A stretch of 64,000 nt of DNA from an uncultured Clostridium sp. (GCA_905213875.1 CAJMJN010000004.1:2370-66369); one strand, 5' to 3'; shown: positions 1-11,290, numbered from the stretch's first letter. The notes: generated by a model not told the origin, from the letters alone. Program-made: numbers and translations.

Positions 1-327
1 TTCAACATCTGCTGGGTTTTTGTCAACTATTTGTTTTGCAACATCCATAACAAATGTTTTGAATTCTTCATTTTTTGCAACAAAGTCTGTTTCTGAGTTT
101 ACTTCTACAACTGCTCCTACTTTTCCATCTTCTGAAATATATGCTTCAACTAATCCTTCTGCTGCAACTCTTCCTGATTTTTTAGCTGCTTTTGCAATTC
201 CTCTTTCACGTAATAATTCGATTGCTTTTTCCATATCTCCATCTGTTTCTGTTAAAACTTTTTTGCAGTCCATCATCCCTGCTCCTGTTTTTTCTCTTAG
301 GTCTTTTACTTGACTTGCAGTAATCAT
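1..327 (-). CDS. tsf: Elongation factor Ts, N-terminal part (gene runs off the window start)
   Basis: The reverse strand from the ATG at 327-325 reads [60 protein letters not shown]..., the conserved EF-Ts N-terminus. It lies directly downstream of rpsB, the usual arrangement. The listed + ORF 20..313 is its antisense shadow. Confidence 0.9.
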   Translation of the reverse strand, partial: MITASQVKDLREKTGAGMMDCKKVLTETDGDMEKAIELLRERGIAKAAKKSGRVAAEGLVEAYISEDGKVGAVVEVNSETDFVAKNEEFKTFVMDVAKQIVDKNPADVE

Positions 328-426
328 ATTATATTCCTCCTTTTATTATATAACTAATATACTAATAGAGAGTAGAGCAGAAAAGCTCCACCCTCTTTTT
401 ATTTAATATAAATAGGTTTTATTAAA

Positions 427-1209
427 TTATTCTGTTACTTCTTCAGCTTCTTCGTTAGCAACAACTTGTTCAATTGTTGTTGTTTCTTCTTCTACTGATT
501 GTTCTTCTTGTTCAGCTTCAAAGCTTTCGCCTTGTTTTCCTTCAATAACTGCATTTGCCATAACATCAGCTATTAATTTAACTGCTCTTATAGCATCATC
601 ATTTCCAGGAATTACATAATCTACATCTTCTGGATTACAGTTTGTATCTACTAATCCAACTAATGGAATTCCTAATTTTTTAGCTTCTAATACAGCTATT
701 CTTTCTTTTTTAGGATCTACTAAGAATATTACTCCTGGTAGTTCTTTCATGTCTTTAATTCCACCAAGGTTTCTTTCTAATTTTTCCATTTCTTTCTTTA
801 ATAATATTACTTCTTTTTTAGGTAATACTTCAAATGTACCATCTTCTGCCATTGCTTCTAAGTCTTTTAATCTTTTAATTCTTGTTTGGATAGTATCGAA
901 GTTTGTTAACATTCCTCCTAACCATCTTTTATCAACATAGTACATTCCACATTTTAAAGCTGCTTCTTTCATGCAGTCTTGAGCTTGTTTTTTAGTTCCA
1001 ACAAATAATATTGTTTTTCCTTCTTCAGCTTGTTCTCTCATGAAGTTATATGCTTCATCTAATTTTTTTGATGTCTTTTGTAAATCGATAATATGGATAC
1101 CATTTCTAGCTTGGAATATGTATTCAGCCATTTTAGGATCCCATCTTCTTGTTTGATGTCCAAAGTGAACACCTGCTTCTAGTAATTGTTTCATTGCAAC
1201 TACTGCCAT
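427..1209 (-). CDS. rpsB: 30S ribosomal protein S2
   Basis: [32 protein letters not shown]... is the canonical S2 N-terminus. It has an acidic C-terminal tail and a GGAGG RBS upstream. Confidence 0.97.
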   Translation of the reverse strand: MAVVAMKQLLEAGVHFGHQTRRWDPKMAEYIFQARNGIHIIDLQKTSKKLDEAYNFMREQAEEGKTILFVGTKKQAQDCMKEAALKCGMYYVDKRWLGGMLTNFDTIQTRIKRLKDLEAMAEDGTFEVLPKKEVILLKKEMEKLERNLGGIKDMKELPGVIFLVDPKKERIAVLEAKKLGIPLVGLVDTNCNPEDVDYVIPGNDDAIRAVKLIADVMANAVIEGKQGESFEAEQEEQSVEEETTTIEQVVANEEAEEVTE

Positions 1210-1506
1210 TTTTAATTCCTCCCTTTTTGTTATTCTTCCGCCTAAGTTTCTCGTTTTTTAGGACCTAACTTTTAGGCACTTCCCGTAAAACTAGCTTATG
1301 ACGTGATTAATTACGTTAGCTATTATACCAAGATTTTTGTTAAAAATCAACCCTTTTTCCATATTTTGTGCATATTTGTGAATTATCATTCCGTTATTTT
1401 AAACATATTGTGCAAAATATGTCAATTTATAACATATTATGTATTAATAGAATATAATATTTATTTATTATTTTCTAGGTATTCAATTTTAGAAAGGAGG
1501 GTTTTT

Positions 1507-2559
1507 ATGTCAAAAAGAACAAGTACAATACTATTCTTCTTTGTTTTTTCATTATTTTTAATGTTTTTTTATTGCACTTCTTTGGCATTTGGTCCTTCAA
1601 ATGAAAATCTTTATCAAGGAATTGATATTAGTTCTTGGCAAGGTTATGTTAATTTTTCTGCTGTGAAAAAATCTGGAATTGATATTGTATATATAAAATC
1701 AAGTGAAGGAATATCATATGTTAATCCTTATTTAGAATATAGTTACAAAAATGCTAAATCTAATGGGCTAAAAGTTGGATTTTATCACTATGTTACTGCT
1801 AAAAATACAACACAAGCTCGTAATCAAGCCATTTTTTTTGCTAAAACTATTTTGGGAAAACAATTTGATTGTAAGCTTGCAATGGATTTTGAAGATTTTA
1901 GTAGTTTATCAAAATATGAAGTTAATCAAATATCTAAAGTATTTTTAAATACATTGCAATCATTATCTAATTCACAACCTATCATTTATAGTAATTCTTA
2001 TTCTGCTAGAACCATTTTTGATAAAAATTTAAATTCTTATCCTCTTTGGGTTGCAAATTACGGTGTTACTTCCCCTAGCAATAATGGTAAATGGCAATAT
2101 TGGCAAGGTTGGCAATATACAAGTTCAGGTAGAATAAATGGTGTTTCAGGTAATGTTGATAGGAATGTTTTTACTTCTGATATTTTTGTTACTAATTCTT
2201 CTATTTCAACTTTTCCTACTTCGTCATCTTCTTCAATTATATATACTGTAAAACGTGGCGATACTTTAAGTGCAATTGCTTTAAAATATAAAACTACTGT
2301 AAGTTCAATAGTTGCTCAAAATTCTTTTATAGTTAATCCAAATTTGATTTACCCAGGACAAAAAATTTCTATTAGTTCAAATATTAATTTTGGAAGCTCC
2401 TCTACTAGCACTAAATACTACAAAATAAAATATGGTGATACTTTAAGTCAAATTGCATCTAGATTTGGTACTACAGTATCTAAAATTGCTAGATTAAATA
2501 ATATTTCTAATCCGAACCTTATATATGCTGGAAGAACTATTCTAATTCCTAGTAGGTAA
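1507..2559 (+). CDS. Secreted GH25 (Lyc-type) muramidase with two C-terminal LysM domains
   Basis: The likely start is [12 protein letters not shown] (signal/TM segment) after a [20 protein letters not shown]...VDFVYIK-like and DRNVF motifs are typical of GH25. Two [13 protein letters not shown] / [13 protein letters not shown] LysM repeats follow. The upstream part of the listed ORF (from 1303) is non-coding-looking. Confidence 0.85.
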   Translation: MSKRTSTILFFFVFSLFLMFFYCTSLAFGPSNENLYQGIDISSWQGYVNFSAVKKSGIDIVYIKSSEGISYVNPYLEYSYKNAKSNGLKVGFYHYVTAKNTTQARNQAIFFAKTILGKQFDCKLAMDFEDFSSLSKYEVNQISKVFLNTLQSLSNSQPIIYSNSYSARTIFDKNLNSYPLWVANYGVTSPSNNGKWQYWQGWQYTSSGRINGVSGNVDRNVFTSDIFVTNSSISTFPTSSSSSIIYTVKRGDTLSAIALKYKTTVSSIVAQNSFIVNPNLIYPGQKISISSNINFGSSSTSTKYYKIKYGDTLSQIASRFGTTVSKIARLNNISNPNLIYAGRTILIPSR

Positions 2560-2616
2560 CTACAATTAATATTTTAAAAAAGGAATAAAAATAATTTTTT
2601 ATTCCTTTTTTATATT

Positions 2617-3519
2617 TTATAATGTTGCTCCTATTATTCCAGCTTCATTTCCTAATACTGCTGTTTGTATATTTATCTCTTTTCTAGGATTAAACAACAT
2701 ATCTTCTTTTAATATTGTTTTTTTTACATCTTGTAGCAATACTTCGGAAAAGTATACAAAGCTTCCACCAATTCCAATTGCTTCTGGTTCAAAAATATTT
2801 ACTAAGTTTGCTATACCTACACTTAAATCTCTAATGTATTGTTTTCTAACTTTTTCTATTTTAGCATAATCTTTACTTTCTTTTGTTGTGTCTTTTAAAA
2901 TTGCCATTAATTCTTTTCCACTTGTTTTATCTTCTAACCATAGTTCGTTCCTTAAATTATCCTTAAAAGCTCTCATTGAACCATACTTTTCGAAACATCC
3001 TTTTCTTCCGCAATTACACTTTAATCCATTTTCTTTTATTACCATATGACCAAATTCACACCCTGGATATTCCCCAGTTTCTAATAAATTTCCATTTATT
3101 ATTACTGCTCCACCAATTCCTGTTCCTAATGTCATAAATAATATTCTATTATATTTTTTTAATGCTCCATATTTATTTTCTGCTAAAGCTGCACACTTTG
3201 CATCATTACGTATTTTTATTGGTAAATTTATTTCTTTATTAATTGCATCTACTATATTATAATCTTTTAGTCCTAAATTTACAGATTTAATAATTTTATT
3301 TTGATTTACTGTTCCTGGTATTGCGATTCCTATTTCTGTTATTTTGTAATTATTTTGATATTCTTTTACATTATCTATAATTGTTTCTTCTATTGTTTTT
3401 TTTATTAGTCTATTTGCAATTCCTCTTAACTTTTTTTCTCTTTTATCCAAAATTTTTCCATCTTTGTCTACAACTCCTATTGCAATGTGGCTTCCTCCTA
3501 AATCTATTCCTATTTTCAT
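2617..3519 (-). CDS. glcK: ROK-family glucokinase
   Basis: MKIGIDLGGSHIAIGVV N-terminal ATPase motif. GTGIGGAVII motif. CxCGxxGCFE zinc motif (CNCGRKGCFEKYGS) characteristic of ROK sugar kinases. Confidence 0.8.
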   Translation of the reverse strand: MKIGIDLGGSHIAIGVVDKDGKILDKREKKLRGIANRLIKKTIEETIIDNVKEYQNNYKITEIGIAIPGTVNQNKIIKSVNLGLKDYNIVDAINKEINLPIKIRNDAKCAALAENKYGALKKYNRILFMTLGTGIGGAVIINGNLLETGEYPGCEFGHMVIKENGLKCNCGRKGCFEKYGSMRAFKDNLRNELWLEDKTSGKELMAILKDTTKESKDYAKIEKVRKQYIRDLSVGIANLVNIFEPEAIGIGGSFVYFSEVLLQDVKKTILKEDMLFNPRKEINIQTAVLGNEAGIIGATL

Positions 3520-3647
3520 TTATTTCCCTTTCATTTTATATTTATATAAAAAGACTGATAGTATTTCTACTTTCAGCCTTTTTGAATTTTTTATTTTTTC
3601 GTGTTTTAAAATGATTTTTTGCTCCGTCCCCAAAATCACCAAAATCA

Positions 3648-4997
3648 TTAGCCAACTCCATACGCTGAGAATAAGAAATTTCCCATATATACTTGGATAC
3701 AAGGTACTAATACTACTAATACGAAGAATATTAATACTACACCTACTATTGCATATACTACTTGTGGTAATGCTTTCATTATCTTTGTCATTATGTTGTC
3801 TATATCTATTTCCATATATTCAACTAATTTTTCCATCATTTCTGATAAATCTGTTTGCATACCTATTTTTAACATTTCTGTTACCATTGGTTTTGACAAT
3901 CCTGCTTTTTCAAATGGTTCTATCCATGATGTTCCCATTAATATATTATTTATTGATGTTTCAACCATTGATAGCATGACATAGTTTTTTACTACGTTTT
4001 TACTTACTTCTAATGCTTCTTGAATTCTCATTCCATTACGTAAGTTTAGTAACATTGCCTTCATTAATCTTGAAAAATCTAAGGCATATATAAGTTCTCC
4101 AAATATTGGCATCTTATATTTAAAATAATGAAAATTATATTTTCCTCTTGGTGTATTTATATATGCTATAATTCCTACAACAATTGCTACTACAATAAAT
4201 GTTGGTATATACCAATATTGAATAACTTTGTTTAAGAAGTCTGCAAACCATAATGTAACTGCTGGTAATGTGTCTTGTGTTCCCATTTCATCAAATACAT
4301 TTTGAATTGCTGGTATTGCTACTAATGTTCCTACAACTAGCATTACAAGTAATAATACAAATTGTACTATATTAGGTATTAAGATTGATCTTATCTTTTT
4401 ATTTAAACTTTCTGATTCATCTAAGTATTGAACTGCTTGTTCTAGTGATTTTGTTAATGATCCAGATAATTCACCAACTTTTATCATATTTATATAAATA
4501 TAAGGAAATACATTTGAATAATATTCCATTGTTGTATACATATTTTCACCAGCTTCTACCCCTGCAAGTATATCTTCTAGTATTCCTTTAAATGATACAT
4601 TTTCAGTTCCTTCAATAATTGTACTTAAAGCATGAATATTATTAAAGTTGGCCTTTTTTAATAAATAAAAGTTCTGTGTAAATACAACCACGTCTCTTGT
4701 TGTTATTTTTTCTGTTTTAGCAAAATATAAATTTATTTTTCCTTTTGTTGTAAGTGTTTTTGGCTTTCCTGCTATTTGTGTTGTATTAACATTTTTCATT
4801 ATTTCCTGAATGTCTGTTACATTTTTCTTTTTCCTTTTTGGTGCACTGTTTTTTCTATATGCCATTTGTTCTATAGATATTGGAAGTAAATTATTTTCTT
4901 TTAAACTTTTTATAAGATATAATCTACTTGATGCTTCAACTCTATTTTTTACAATTACGCCTTTATCGGTCATTGCTTTATACATATATGTTGGCAT
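3648..4997 (-). CDS. pilC: Type IV pilus assembly platform protein PilC (GspF family)
   Basis: 449 aa with duplicated T2SSF-type domains and three TM segments. It is the last gene of the pilus cluster after pilB and pilT. Confidence 0.9.
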   Translation of the reverse strand: MPTYMYKAMTDKGVIVKNRVEASSRLYLIKSLKENNLLPISIEQMAYRKNSAPKRKKKNVTDIQEIMKNVNTTQIAGKPKTLTTKGKINLYFAKTEKITTRDVVVFTQNFYLLKKANFNNIHALSTIIEGTENVSFKGILEDILAGVEAGENMYTTMEYYSNVFPYIYINMIKVGELSGSLTKSLEQAVQYLDESESLNKKIRSILIPNIVQFVLLLVMLVVGTLVAIPAIQNVFDEMGTQDTLPAVTLWFADFLNKVIQYWYIPTFIVVAIVVGIIAYINTPRGKYNFHYFKYKMPIFGELIYALDFSRLMKAMLLNLRNGMRIQEALEVSKNVVKNYVMLSMVETSINNILMGTSWIEPFEKAGLSKPMVTEMLKIGMQTDLSEMMEKLVEYMEIDIDNIMTKIMKALPQVVYAIVGVVLIFFVLVVLVPCIQVYMGNFLFSAYGVG

Positions 4998-5015
4998 AAA
5001 TTTATCCTCCTTCTA

Positions 5016-6122
5016 TTAAAGTTTTCTATCTCCTTTTTTTATCTTTAGTTGCATTATTGTTCTATTTAATATTTCTTGGTTTTTCTCTTCTATTTGTGCT
5101 TTTGCTTGATCTAGTGTTATTTTATTTTCAACAAATAATTCTGCAAGTGAATTTATTAATCCTATACTTCCTTTTTCTAAGTTACTTTGTATAGCATCTT
5201 CTATTTCTGATACACTTAATTTTTCTTTACGAATAATACCTGCTACTATGTTATCTACAACCATTACTTCTGGTACTAATACTAATTTGCCATCTCTTCC
5301 TTTTAATAATCTTTGTGATACAACAAGTTTTAATAATGCTGATAATAAGTATTTAATACTTGCTTGATCTCTTACTTCGTAGAAGTTTATCATTCTGTCT
5401 ATTGTTTCTGCACAAGATTTTGTATGCAATGTTCCTATAACTAAATGTCCAGATTCTGCCATTTCTATTGCTGCTTCCATTGTTACTTTATCACGAATCT
5501 CTCCTATTACAAGAATATCACAGTCTTCTCTTAATGCGTTTTTAACACCATCACTAAATGTTAAAGAATCTCTACCTTTTCCCACCTCTTTTTGTACAAT
5601 TAATGACATTTTAGAATGATGCTTATATTCTACTGGATTTTCTAGTGTTAATATTTTCTTATTTTGATTTTCATTTATATAATCTATTAATGAGTTTAAT
5701 GTTGTTGTTTTACCAGAGTTTGTTTTACCTGTTACTAATATCAATCCTTGTGGTTGATATGACATTCTTCTAACTATATCAGGTATTCCTAATGATTCAT
5801 ATGGTGGTAATTCACTTTTTATTAATCTTAGTGTGCAAAGTGGTACTTCATCTGTTAATGATATATTTACTCTTAAACGTATATCTTTATATTCATAAGA
5901 CATATCTAATTTTCTAGTTGTATTAAAAACTTCATCTTTATCTATATTCCCTCTAACTAAAAAATCATATATTTCGTTCATATCATCTGGTGTTAATATT
6001 TTTGTCCCTTTAACTGGTATCAAATCTCTTGATACTCTAAGCATTGGTTTGTTTCCAGGTACTAAATGTATATCTGAAGCATCTAATTCTATTGCTTCAT
6101 CTAATATTTTATTCATATCCAT
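5016..6122 (-). CDS. pilT: Type IV pilus retraction ATPase PilT
   Basis: ELDASDIHLVPG start, Walker A GKTNSGKTTT, Asp box/Walker B DILVIGEIRD and His box GHLVIGTLHT. About 368 aa, typical of PilT. Confidence 0.9.
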   Translation of the reverse strand: MDMNKILDEAIELDASDIHLVPGNKPMLRVSRDLIPVKGTKILTPDDMNEIYDFLVRGNIDKDEVFNTTRKLDMSYEYKDIRLRVNISLTDEVPLCTLRLIKSELPPYESLGIPDIVRRMSYQPQGLILVTGKTNSGKTTTLNSLIDYINENQNKKILTLENPVEYKHHSKMSLIVQKEVGKGRDSLTFSDGVKNALREDCDILVIGEIRDKVTMEAAIEMAESGHLVIGTLHTKSCAETIDRMINFYEVRDQASIKYLLSALLKLVVSQRLLKGRDGKLVLVPEVMVVDNIVAGIIRKEKLSVSEIEDAIQSNLEKGSIGLINSLAELFVENKITLDQAKAQIEEKNQEILNRTIMQLKIKKGDRKL

Positions 6123-6144
6123 ACTCTTTTTCTCCTTTGCAAAA

Positions 6145-7779
6145 TTAATAAATAAGTAATTTTTTATTTAGTTCTTCTAATGTTGTATAACCTTGTACAA
6201 CTTTTCTTATTCCATCTACAACTAATGGTCTATATCCTTGTTTTAATGCTTCTTGTTTTATTTCTATACTAGATTTTCCTCTCATTATTTCAGCTTGAAT
6301 TTCTTCTGTTACATTCAATATTTCAAACACACCTATTCTATCAAAAAATCCAGTATTATTACAATGTTTACATCCTATTGCATCATATGTCATTCCATTT
6401 AAGTTATATTCTACACCATATTTTTTACCTATTTTTTCTATTATTTGTTTTTCTTCTTCTGTAAATGGTCTTTCTTTTCTACATTTTGTGCATAATTTTC
6501 TTACTAATCTTTGTGATATTATAGTTGCTAATGTACTTGCTACATCATAATCTGAAAGTCCCATTTTTCTAAGTCTTGTTATAACTTCTACTGCATTTAT
6601 TGTGTGAATTGTTGATAAAACATAATGTCCTGTTTGCCCTGCTTGTATTGCAATTTCTCCTGTTTCTTTGTCTCTTATTTCTCCAACTAAAATTATATCA
6701 GGGTCTTGTCTTAAAACTGTTCTTAATGAATCTGAGAATGATGCTCTTGCATCTATTTCTATTTGGTTTAGCCCTTCTATACGAATTTCAACTGGGTCTT
6801 CTATTGTTGTTATATTTATTTCTGGACTATTTAAATAATCTATAATACTATATAAACTTGTTGTTTTACCTTCACCAGTAGGTGCTGCCATAATTGTTAT
6901 ACTATTTCTTTTGTTAATACTTTTACTAAGTTCTTCTTCTGTTGCTGGAAATCCTAGATCAAATATATTACGTATGTTTGAATTTTTCTTTAATAATCTT
7001 AAAACAAATTTTTCTCCATATACATTTGGTTGTGAAGATACACGAATATTATAATCTTCATATAATAAAATTCTACCATCTTGTGCTTCTTGTTTTTCTT
7101 GATGCATATTTGATATTGCTTTTAATCTTCCTATAATTTGTCCTTGTTTTTCTTTGGCAATATTTGCAGCTGTAAATAATTCACCATCTATTCTGTATCT
7201 AACTCTTACTTTATTTTCCATTGGTTCAATATGAATATCACTAGCACGTCTTTCAATTCCCGTTTTTATGATACTATCAACTAGGTTTGTTATAGTGTCA
7301 TTTCTTCCTCTTACATTTAAATTAGTTGTTGCTTCTCCTTCTTGTGATTTTATTATTCTATCTATATCACTTTCAAAAGTAATGTAACTTTCCATTACTA
7401 ATCCTTTATTTAAAAGTAATAATCTCATTGCATCCATTGATCTTTGGTTCACATTATCTGCAAAACATACTTTAATCTTTCCATTATTAATTTCAAATGG
7501 TATTGCTTTATTTTCTTTTGCAATATCCAAAGATATATAATCTGTTATTTTTATTTTTAAGGTTTTGTTTGTTAATAATACACCTTTTGTTCCTATTATA
7601 TCTCCTATTGCTTCTACCAACTTAAATGGATCACATACTTCTAATATATATAAAATATCACCTAATTTTTTCTTAGGATGTTCTCTTTGATATTCTAATG
7701 CTTTTTCTATATCATTTTCTGTTACAATCCCTCTTTTTACTAATTCCACACCTATAGGTTGTCTTCTTTTTAAATCCAT
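6145..7779 (-). CDS. pilB: Type IV pilus assembly ATPase PilB (GspE family)
   Basis: Walker A PTGEGKTTS, DIILVGEIRD and GHYVLSTIHT motifs, a tetracysteine cluster (CTKC...CKHCNNTG), and an N-terminal GspE-N/MshEN-like domain. Confidence 0.9.
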   Translation of the reverse strand: MDLKRRQPIGVELVKRGIVTENDIEKALEYQREHPKKKLGDILYILEVCDPFKLVEAIGDIIGTKGVLLTNKTLKIKITDYISLDIAKENKAIPFEINNGKIKVCFADNVNQRSMDAMRLLLLNKGLVMESYITFESDIDRIIKSQEGEATTNLNVRGRNDTITNLVDSIIKTGIERRASDIHIEPMENKVRVRYRIDGELFTAANIAKEKQGQIIGRLKAISNMHQEKQEAQDGRILLYEDYNIRVSSQPNVYGEKFVLRLLKKNSNIRNIFDLGFPATEEELSKSINKRNSITIMAAPTGEGKTTSLYSIIDYLNSPEINITTIEDPVEIRIEGLNQIEIDARASFSDSLRTVLRQDPDIILVGEIRDKETGEIAIQAGQTGHYVLSTIHTINAVEVITRLRKMGLSDYDVASTLATIISQRLVRKLCTKCRKERPFTEEEKQIIEKIGKKYGVEYNLNGMTYDAIGCKHCNNTGFFDRIGVFEILNVTEEIQAEIMRGKSSIEIKQEALKQGYRPLVVDGIRKVVQGYTTLEELNKKLLIY

Positions 7780-7802
7780 AAGATTCCTTCCTTTCTTTTG
7801 TG

Positions 7803-8219
7803 TTATTTTAATGTATATGTTGTAGTTCTATTTTGACTTCCTGCTTTGAATTTTACTTGTATCACTTGTTTTCCATTTTTTATTTGTTCTATAAATGTAC
7901 AGTAATCTACATTTTTTGCTATTTTCACTTGGTTTTTATATATCCCCTTATTTGCTGATATATATGTGTATTGAACTCCATTATCAAATGCTACATAATC
8001 TTCTTTACATTCTAAAATTTTTATTCCTTGATGATTAATTTCATCTGTAAAATTACTATTAAATGCTGTATATTCAGTTAATGGGTCTGTATAAAAATTT
8101 GATGTTTTAACACTTTTAACAAAAGCACCTGTTATGATTCCTATTACAGCTACTACAATTGTTAACACAAGTATATATATTGTTAATGATATCAGTGTAA
8201 TACCCTTTTCTGAATTCAT
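7803..8219 (-). CDS. Minor pilin-like protein (prepilin-type N-terminus)
   Basis: The likely start is MNSEKGITLISLTIYILVLTIVVAVIG after an AAAGGAG RBS. This is a short basic leader ending in G followed by a hydrophobic helix. It lies within the pilus operon. Confidence 0.6.
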   Translation of the reverse strand: MNSEKGITLISLTIYILVLTIVVAVIGIITGAFVKSVKTSNFYTDPLTEYTAFNSNFTDEINHQGIKILECKEDYVAFDNGVQYTYISANKGIYKNQVKIAKNVDYCTFIEQIKNGKQVIQVKFKAGSQNRTTTYTLK

Positions 8220-8220
8220 T

Positions 8221-8646
8221 TTAATTCTCCTTTGTAAGTATTGTTGATAATTCAACTGTTTGCTCTTTTGCTTTAAACATATATGTTATTTTAACATTTA
8301 CCTTTTTTACTATATCTTTTGTTTTATCTGTTTTTCCTTCTAAATCTGTATAATCTGTTACTGTAATTGTTTTATAATATCCTTGTTTCTCTGTTTCTTC
8401 ATTTTCAGCAATAATACTATTTCCATTTGCCACACTTTTTCCTATATATGCTTCTATTCCTTCATTTTTTATATTTTCAACTTCATTTATTGCAACATAT
8501 GTAGCATCAGATTTTAACTGAATTTCCTGTGATGTACTATTTATTCTATATACTAATAATGAAATAATTGAAATAAATATAAAAATTACAATTACTGAAA
8601 CAGATATGTCAATTCCTGTAAATCCTTTTTCACTACATACTTTCAT
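8221..8646 (-). CDS. Minor pilin-like protein
   Basis: MKVCSEKGFTGIDISVSVIVIFIFISIISLL is a leader ending in G-F followed by a hydrophobic helix. It lies between pilD and another pilin-like gene. Confidence 0.55.
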   Translation of the reverse strand: MKVCSEKGFTGIDISVSVIVIFIFISIISLLVYRINSTSQEIQLKSDATYVAINEVENIKNEGIEAYIGKSVANGNSIIAENEETEKQGYYKTITVTDYTDLEGKTDKTKDIVKKVNVKITYMFKAKEQTVELSTILTKEN

Positions 8647-8675
8647 TACAATTTTAATTCCTTTCTTATTGTTTT

Positions 8676-9494
8676 TTATATTATGTAATAATTATAATTA
8701 TAAATTAATGTTATTACAAAAATTAAAATATTCGAAGCTCCTAACCAAAAGCCTATACTGATTTCATCTGATATTTGTTTGTCTGATTTTTTTCTTTTTA
8801 AATCTTGTTTTATTTTATAAATTAATATGTATATACCTATTCCTAAAAGTGCTGTTACTAATGATATAGATGTAATAAATTCACCTGTAAATGATGCCAT
8901 TATTAAAATTAATAATAATATACCATTTAAATATGTACTTTTAGCAAATTTTTTTAATGTTATTGTATCTACTAATAGAATTAAAATATATAAAATTAAA
9001 TATATACCATATCTATATATATTAGTTTCTCCTACTATGCATAGATATGACATATACATAATAGATATTGCTATACCATAGATATTTACTGCTTTATCAA
9101 TTTTTCTGTTTTCCTTATCTATACCTGCCATTAAAATTATATATGTTAAATATAAAACTACAAAACAAAAATTAATAATATTTATTGAGTTTAAATTTTC
9201 TAATTTTAATCCCATAAAATATGCTATTATTATAAATAATAATCCTGATAAAGTTTCTAATATCAAATAACGAGGTCTTATTTTTTGTTTACAATATCTA
9301 CATTTTCCACCTAAAAAGATATAACTAAAAATTGGGAACAAGTCTAATAAACCTAATTTATGGTTACAATTAGGGCAATATGAATGTGTATGAACTATAT
9401 CTTGTCTTTTTGGAATTCTATATACTGCTAATGTATAAAAACTTCCAAATAGAGTTCCTATTATAAATATTATTACATAAAAAAATATTTCCAT
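8676..9494 (-). CDS. pilD: Prepilin peptidase PilD (A24 family)
   Basis: Polytopic membrane protein with paired CxxC motifs (CPNCNHKL...CRYCKQKI) in the first cytoplasmic loop. The start was chosen at MEIFFYV (RBS AAAGGAA) because the longer ORF would include the pilA terminator hairpin. Confidence 0.85.
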   Translation of the reverse strand: MEIFFYVIIFIIGTLFGSFYTLAVYRIPKRQDIVHTHSYCPNCNHKLGLLDLFPIFSYIFLGGKCRYCKQKIRPRYLILETLSGLLFIIIAYFMGLKLENLNSINIINFCFVVLYLTYIILMAGIDKENRKIDKAVNIYGIAISIMYMSYLCIVGETNIYRYGIYLILYILILLVDTITLKKFAKSTYLNGILLLILIMASFTGEFITSISLVTALLGIGIYILIYKIKQDLKRKKSDKQISDEISIGFWLGASNILIFVITLIYNYNYYII

Positions 9495-9518
9495 TTTAGT
9501 TTTTCCTTTTATTAATTT

Positions 9519-9547
9519 AGCCATACACACATTGTGTGCGTATGGCT
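9519..9547 (-). terminator. Stem-loop immediately after pilA (candidate partial terminator/attenuator)
   Basis: AGCCATACGCACACA/TGTGTGTATGGCT palindrome between the pilA stop and the pilD start. A partial terminator after the major pilin gene is a common way to set pilin excess. Confidence 0.4.
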
Positions 9548-9566
9548 ATTTTACTTTTTATTTTTA

Positions 9567-9968
9567 TTATTGTACATCAGCTTTTGTTACAGCTTGGAAT
9601 GATTTTCCTGCTGCTGTTAATGTTACTGTGTATGTTGCTGAATTTTGTGTAATAGTTAATTTGTTTTCTGCTACTGCTGCAGAACCAGTACCATTGTCAG
9701 AAATATATTGATTTTTAACTTCATCTAATGTTAATGCTGCTGATGCAACACCACTTCCATCTGCTACTTTTTGTGCGTAAGCTGCTTGAACAGCCATATT
9801 TACTTTTTCAGCAATTTCAGCTTTTGCTGTATCTGATTTTGCATTACTTGCTTGTGTTAATATACCATTTTGTCCTGTTAACATCGCAATTGATACACCT
9901 GCTAATATTAATAGAACTATAATTGTTATTACTAATGCAATAAGTGTTATACCTTTGTTATTTGTCAT
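9567..9968 (-). CDS. pilA: Major type IV pilin
   Basis: MTNNKGITLIALVITIIVLLILAGVSIAML is a prepilin leader plus hydrophobic alpha-1 helix. The protein is 133 aa with a strong RBS (AAAGGGGGG) and its own AT-rich promoter region. Confidence 0.8.
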   Translation of the reverse strand: MTNNKGITLIALVITIIVLLILAGVSIAMLTGQNGILTQASNAKSDTAKAEIAEKVNMAVQAAYAQKVADGSGVASAALTLDEVKNQYISDNGTGSAAVAENKLTITQNSATYTVTLTAAGKSFQAVTKADVQ

Positions 9969-10043
9969 TTGTTTTTCCCCCCTTTTCTTTAGAATTTTAT
10001 TGTACTATATTTATATATATAAATATAATGTTAATAACTAATT

Positions 10044-10544
10044 TTATTTTGTTCCCTTATCTGGGAAATAACTTCCTCCTGATGTTGTTGTGTTATTATT
10101 AGTTGATGAATTTGATTGTTGGTTTCCTGAAGAAGTTGTATTTTCTGTTGTAGTACTTCCTGAATTATTATTTGAAGAACTACCTGTATTACTATTTCCA
10201 TTTGTAGTATTTGTTCCAGTTGATGAACTAGAGCCTTCACCACTTCCTGAAAATGGATTTGCTTTTCCTGGTTTATAATTTTGTATCTTTTTATAGTTAT
10301 TTAAGTCATCTTGATTAACTTCATATGTTACTATTATTTGATCATCATCTACATCACTGCTTGAAAGTAATTCTTCTTTTACATCACTTGGTGTTGTATA
10401 AGCAACCTCATTTGGTATTGTTTTAGATATTGGTACATATTCATATAATAGTATTCCTAATACTAAAATTATAGCCAAGCATATCAATAATATAATTATA
10501 ATTTCTTTTATAATTGATTTTGCCATTTTCTGTTTCCTTTCCAT
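10044..10544 (-). CDS. Single-pass membrane protein with S/N/T-rich tail (pilus-cluster accessory)
   Basis: N-terminal TM segment (IIIILLICLAIILVLGILL) and a low-complexity C-terminus (GSSSSTGTNTTNGNSNTGSSSNNNSG). The start overlaps the stop of the PilO-like gene. Confidence 0.5.
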   Translation of the reverse strand: MERKQKMAKSIIKEIIIILLICLAIILVLGILLYEYVPISKTIPNEVAYTTPSDVKEELLSSSDVDDDQIIVTYEVNQDDLNNYKKIQNYKPGKANPFSGSGEGSSSSTGTNTTNGNSNTGSSSNNNSGSTTTENTTSSGNQQSNSSTNNNTTTSGGSYFPDKGTK

Positions 10545-11290
10545 TATCTTGCATTTGATGTCGCTGTATTATTAGTTGTATTATTTGTTGTATTAGCATT
10601 ATTTACAGCATTTGCAGTATTATTACCTGTTGTGTTATTCCCTGCTGTATTTGTATTTGCTGTATTATTTCCATCAGTTGTTGTGTTTTGTGTTACTGTT
10701 GTAGTTGATGAAACTTGCTTTATAGGAATATCTTTACATACAAATGTTGCTTGTAAATCATTTCCAGATGGTGCCATTTTAAATTCTTCTATTTTGAATC
10801 CTAATGTACTATCATTTTCAATAGATGATATAAAATCTTCTATTTGTACATATCCACCTGTAACTGTAAAATTTAAGTTGTAACTATCTTGTGCTCCACT
10901 GCTTCCTGATGTTACATCCATTTTCATTACAACCCCTTCACTTGTTGCATGATTTCCTAGTTTTACCCATAATGTCTCGATTTCATATTTTTCTATTTGA
11001 TTTACTGCTTGTGTTTCTCCATCTGAACTTATTGCCGTCATATCTTGATAATTTTGTTTTTCTTCTTTTAATTTTTTTGCATTACTATTTACTTCACTAA
11101 TTGTTTGTGCATATGTTTTTTCAACCAATTTAGCTGCATCTTGTATTTTGCTATCAAGTTCGCTATTTTTGGCTTGAATTCCTTGAATTCCAAGAATTTC
11201 TATTTTTCCAATAGTTACTCCTTTTATTCCAATAAACATTGTAAGTATTAATAGTAATGTTATAAGAATTAAAATCAACAATTTTTTCAT
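10544..11290 (-). CDS. PilO-like pilus assembly protein with N/T-rich tail
   Basis: TM segment, then a coiled coil, then a globular domain, which is the PilO architecture. It overlaps pilMN by 4 nt. The C-terminal tail is TTTDGNNTANTNTAGNNTTGNN. Confidence 0.5.
   Translation of the reverse strand: MKKLLILILITLLLILTMFIGIKGVTIGKIEILGIQGIQAKNSELDSKIQDAAKLVEKTYAQTISEVNSNAKKLKEEKQNYQDMTAISSDGETQAVNQIEKYEIETLWVKLGNHATSEGVVMKMDVTSGSSGAQDSYNLNFTVTGGYVQIEDFISSIENDSTLGFKIEEFKMAPSGNDLQATFVCKDIPIKQVSSTTTVTQNTTTDGNNTANTNTAGNNTTGNNTANAVNNANTTNNTTNNTATSNAR

Noticed and set aside
1210-1300. GC-richer ~90-nt leader upstream of rpsB with possible stems (CCTAA...TTAGG), considered as an S2 autoregulatory leader.
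   Set aside because: The pairings are short, and I cannot match them to a known Firmicute S2 leader from memory. The evidence is insufficient to annotate it.
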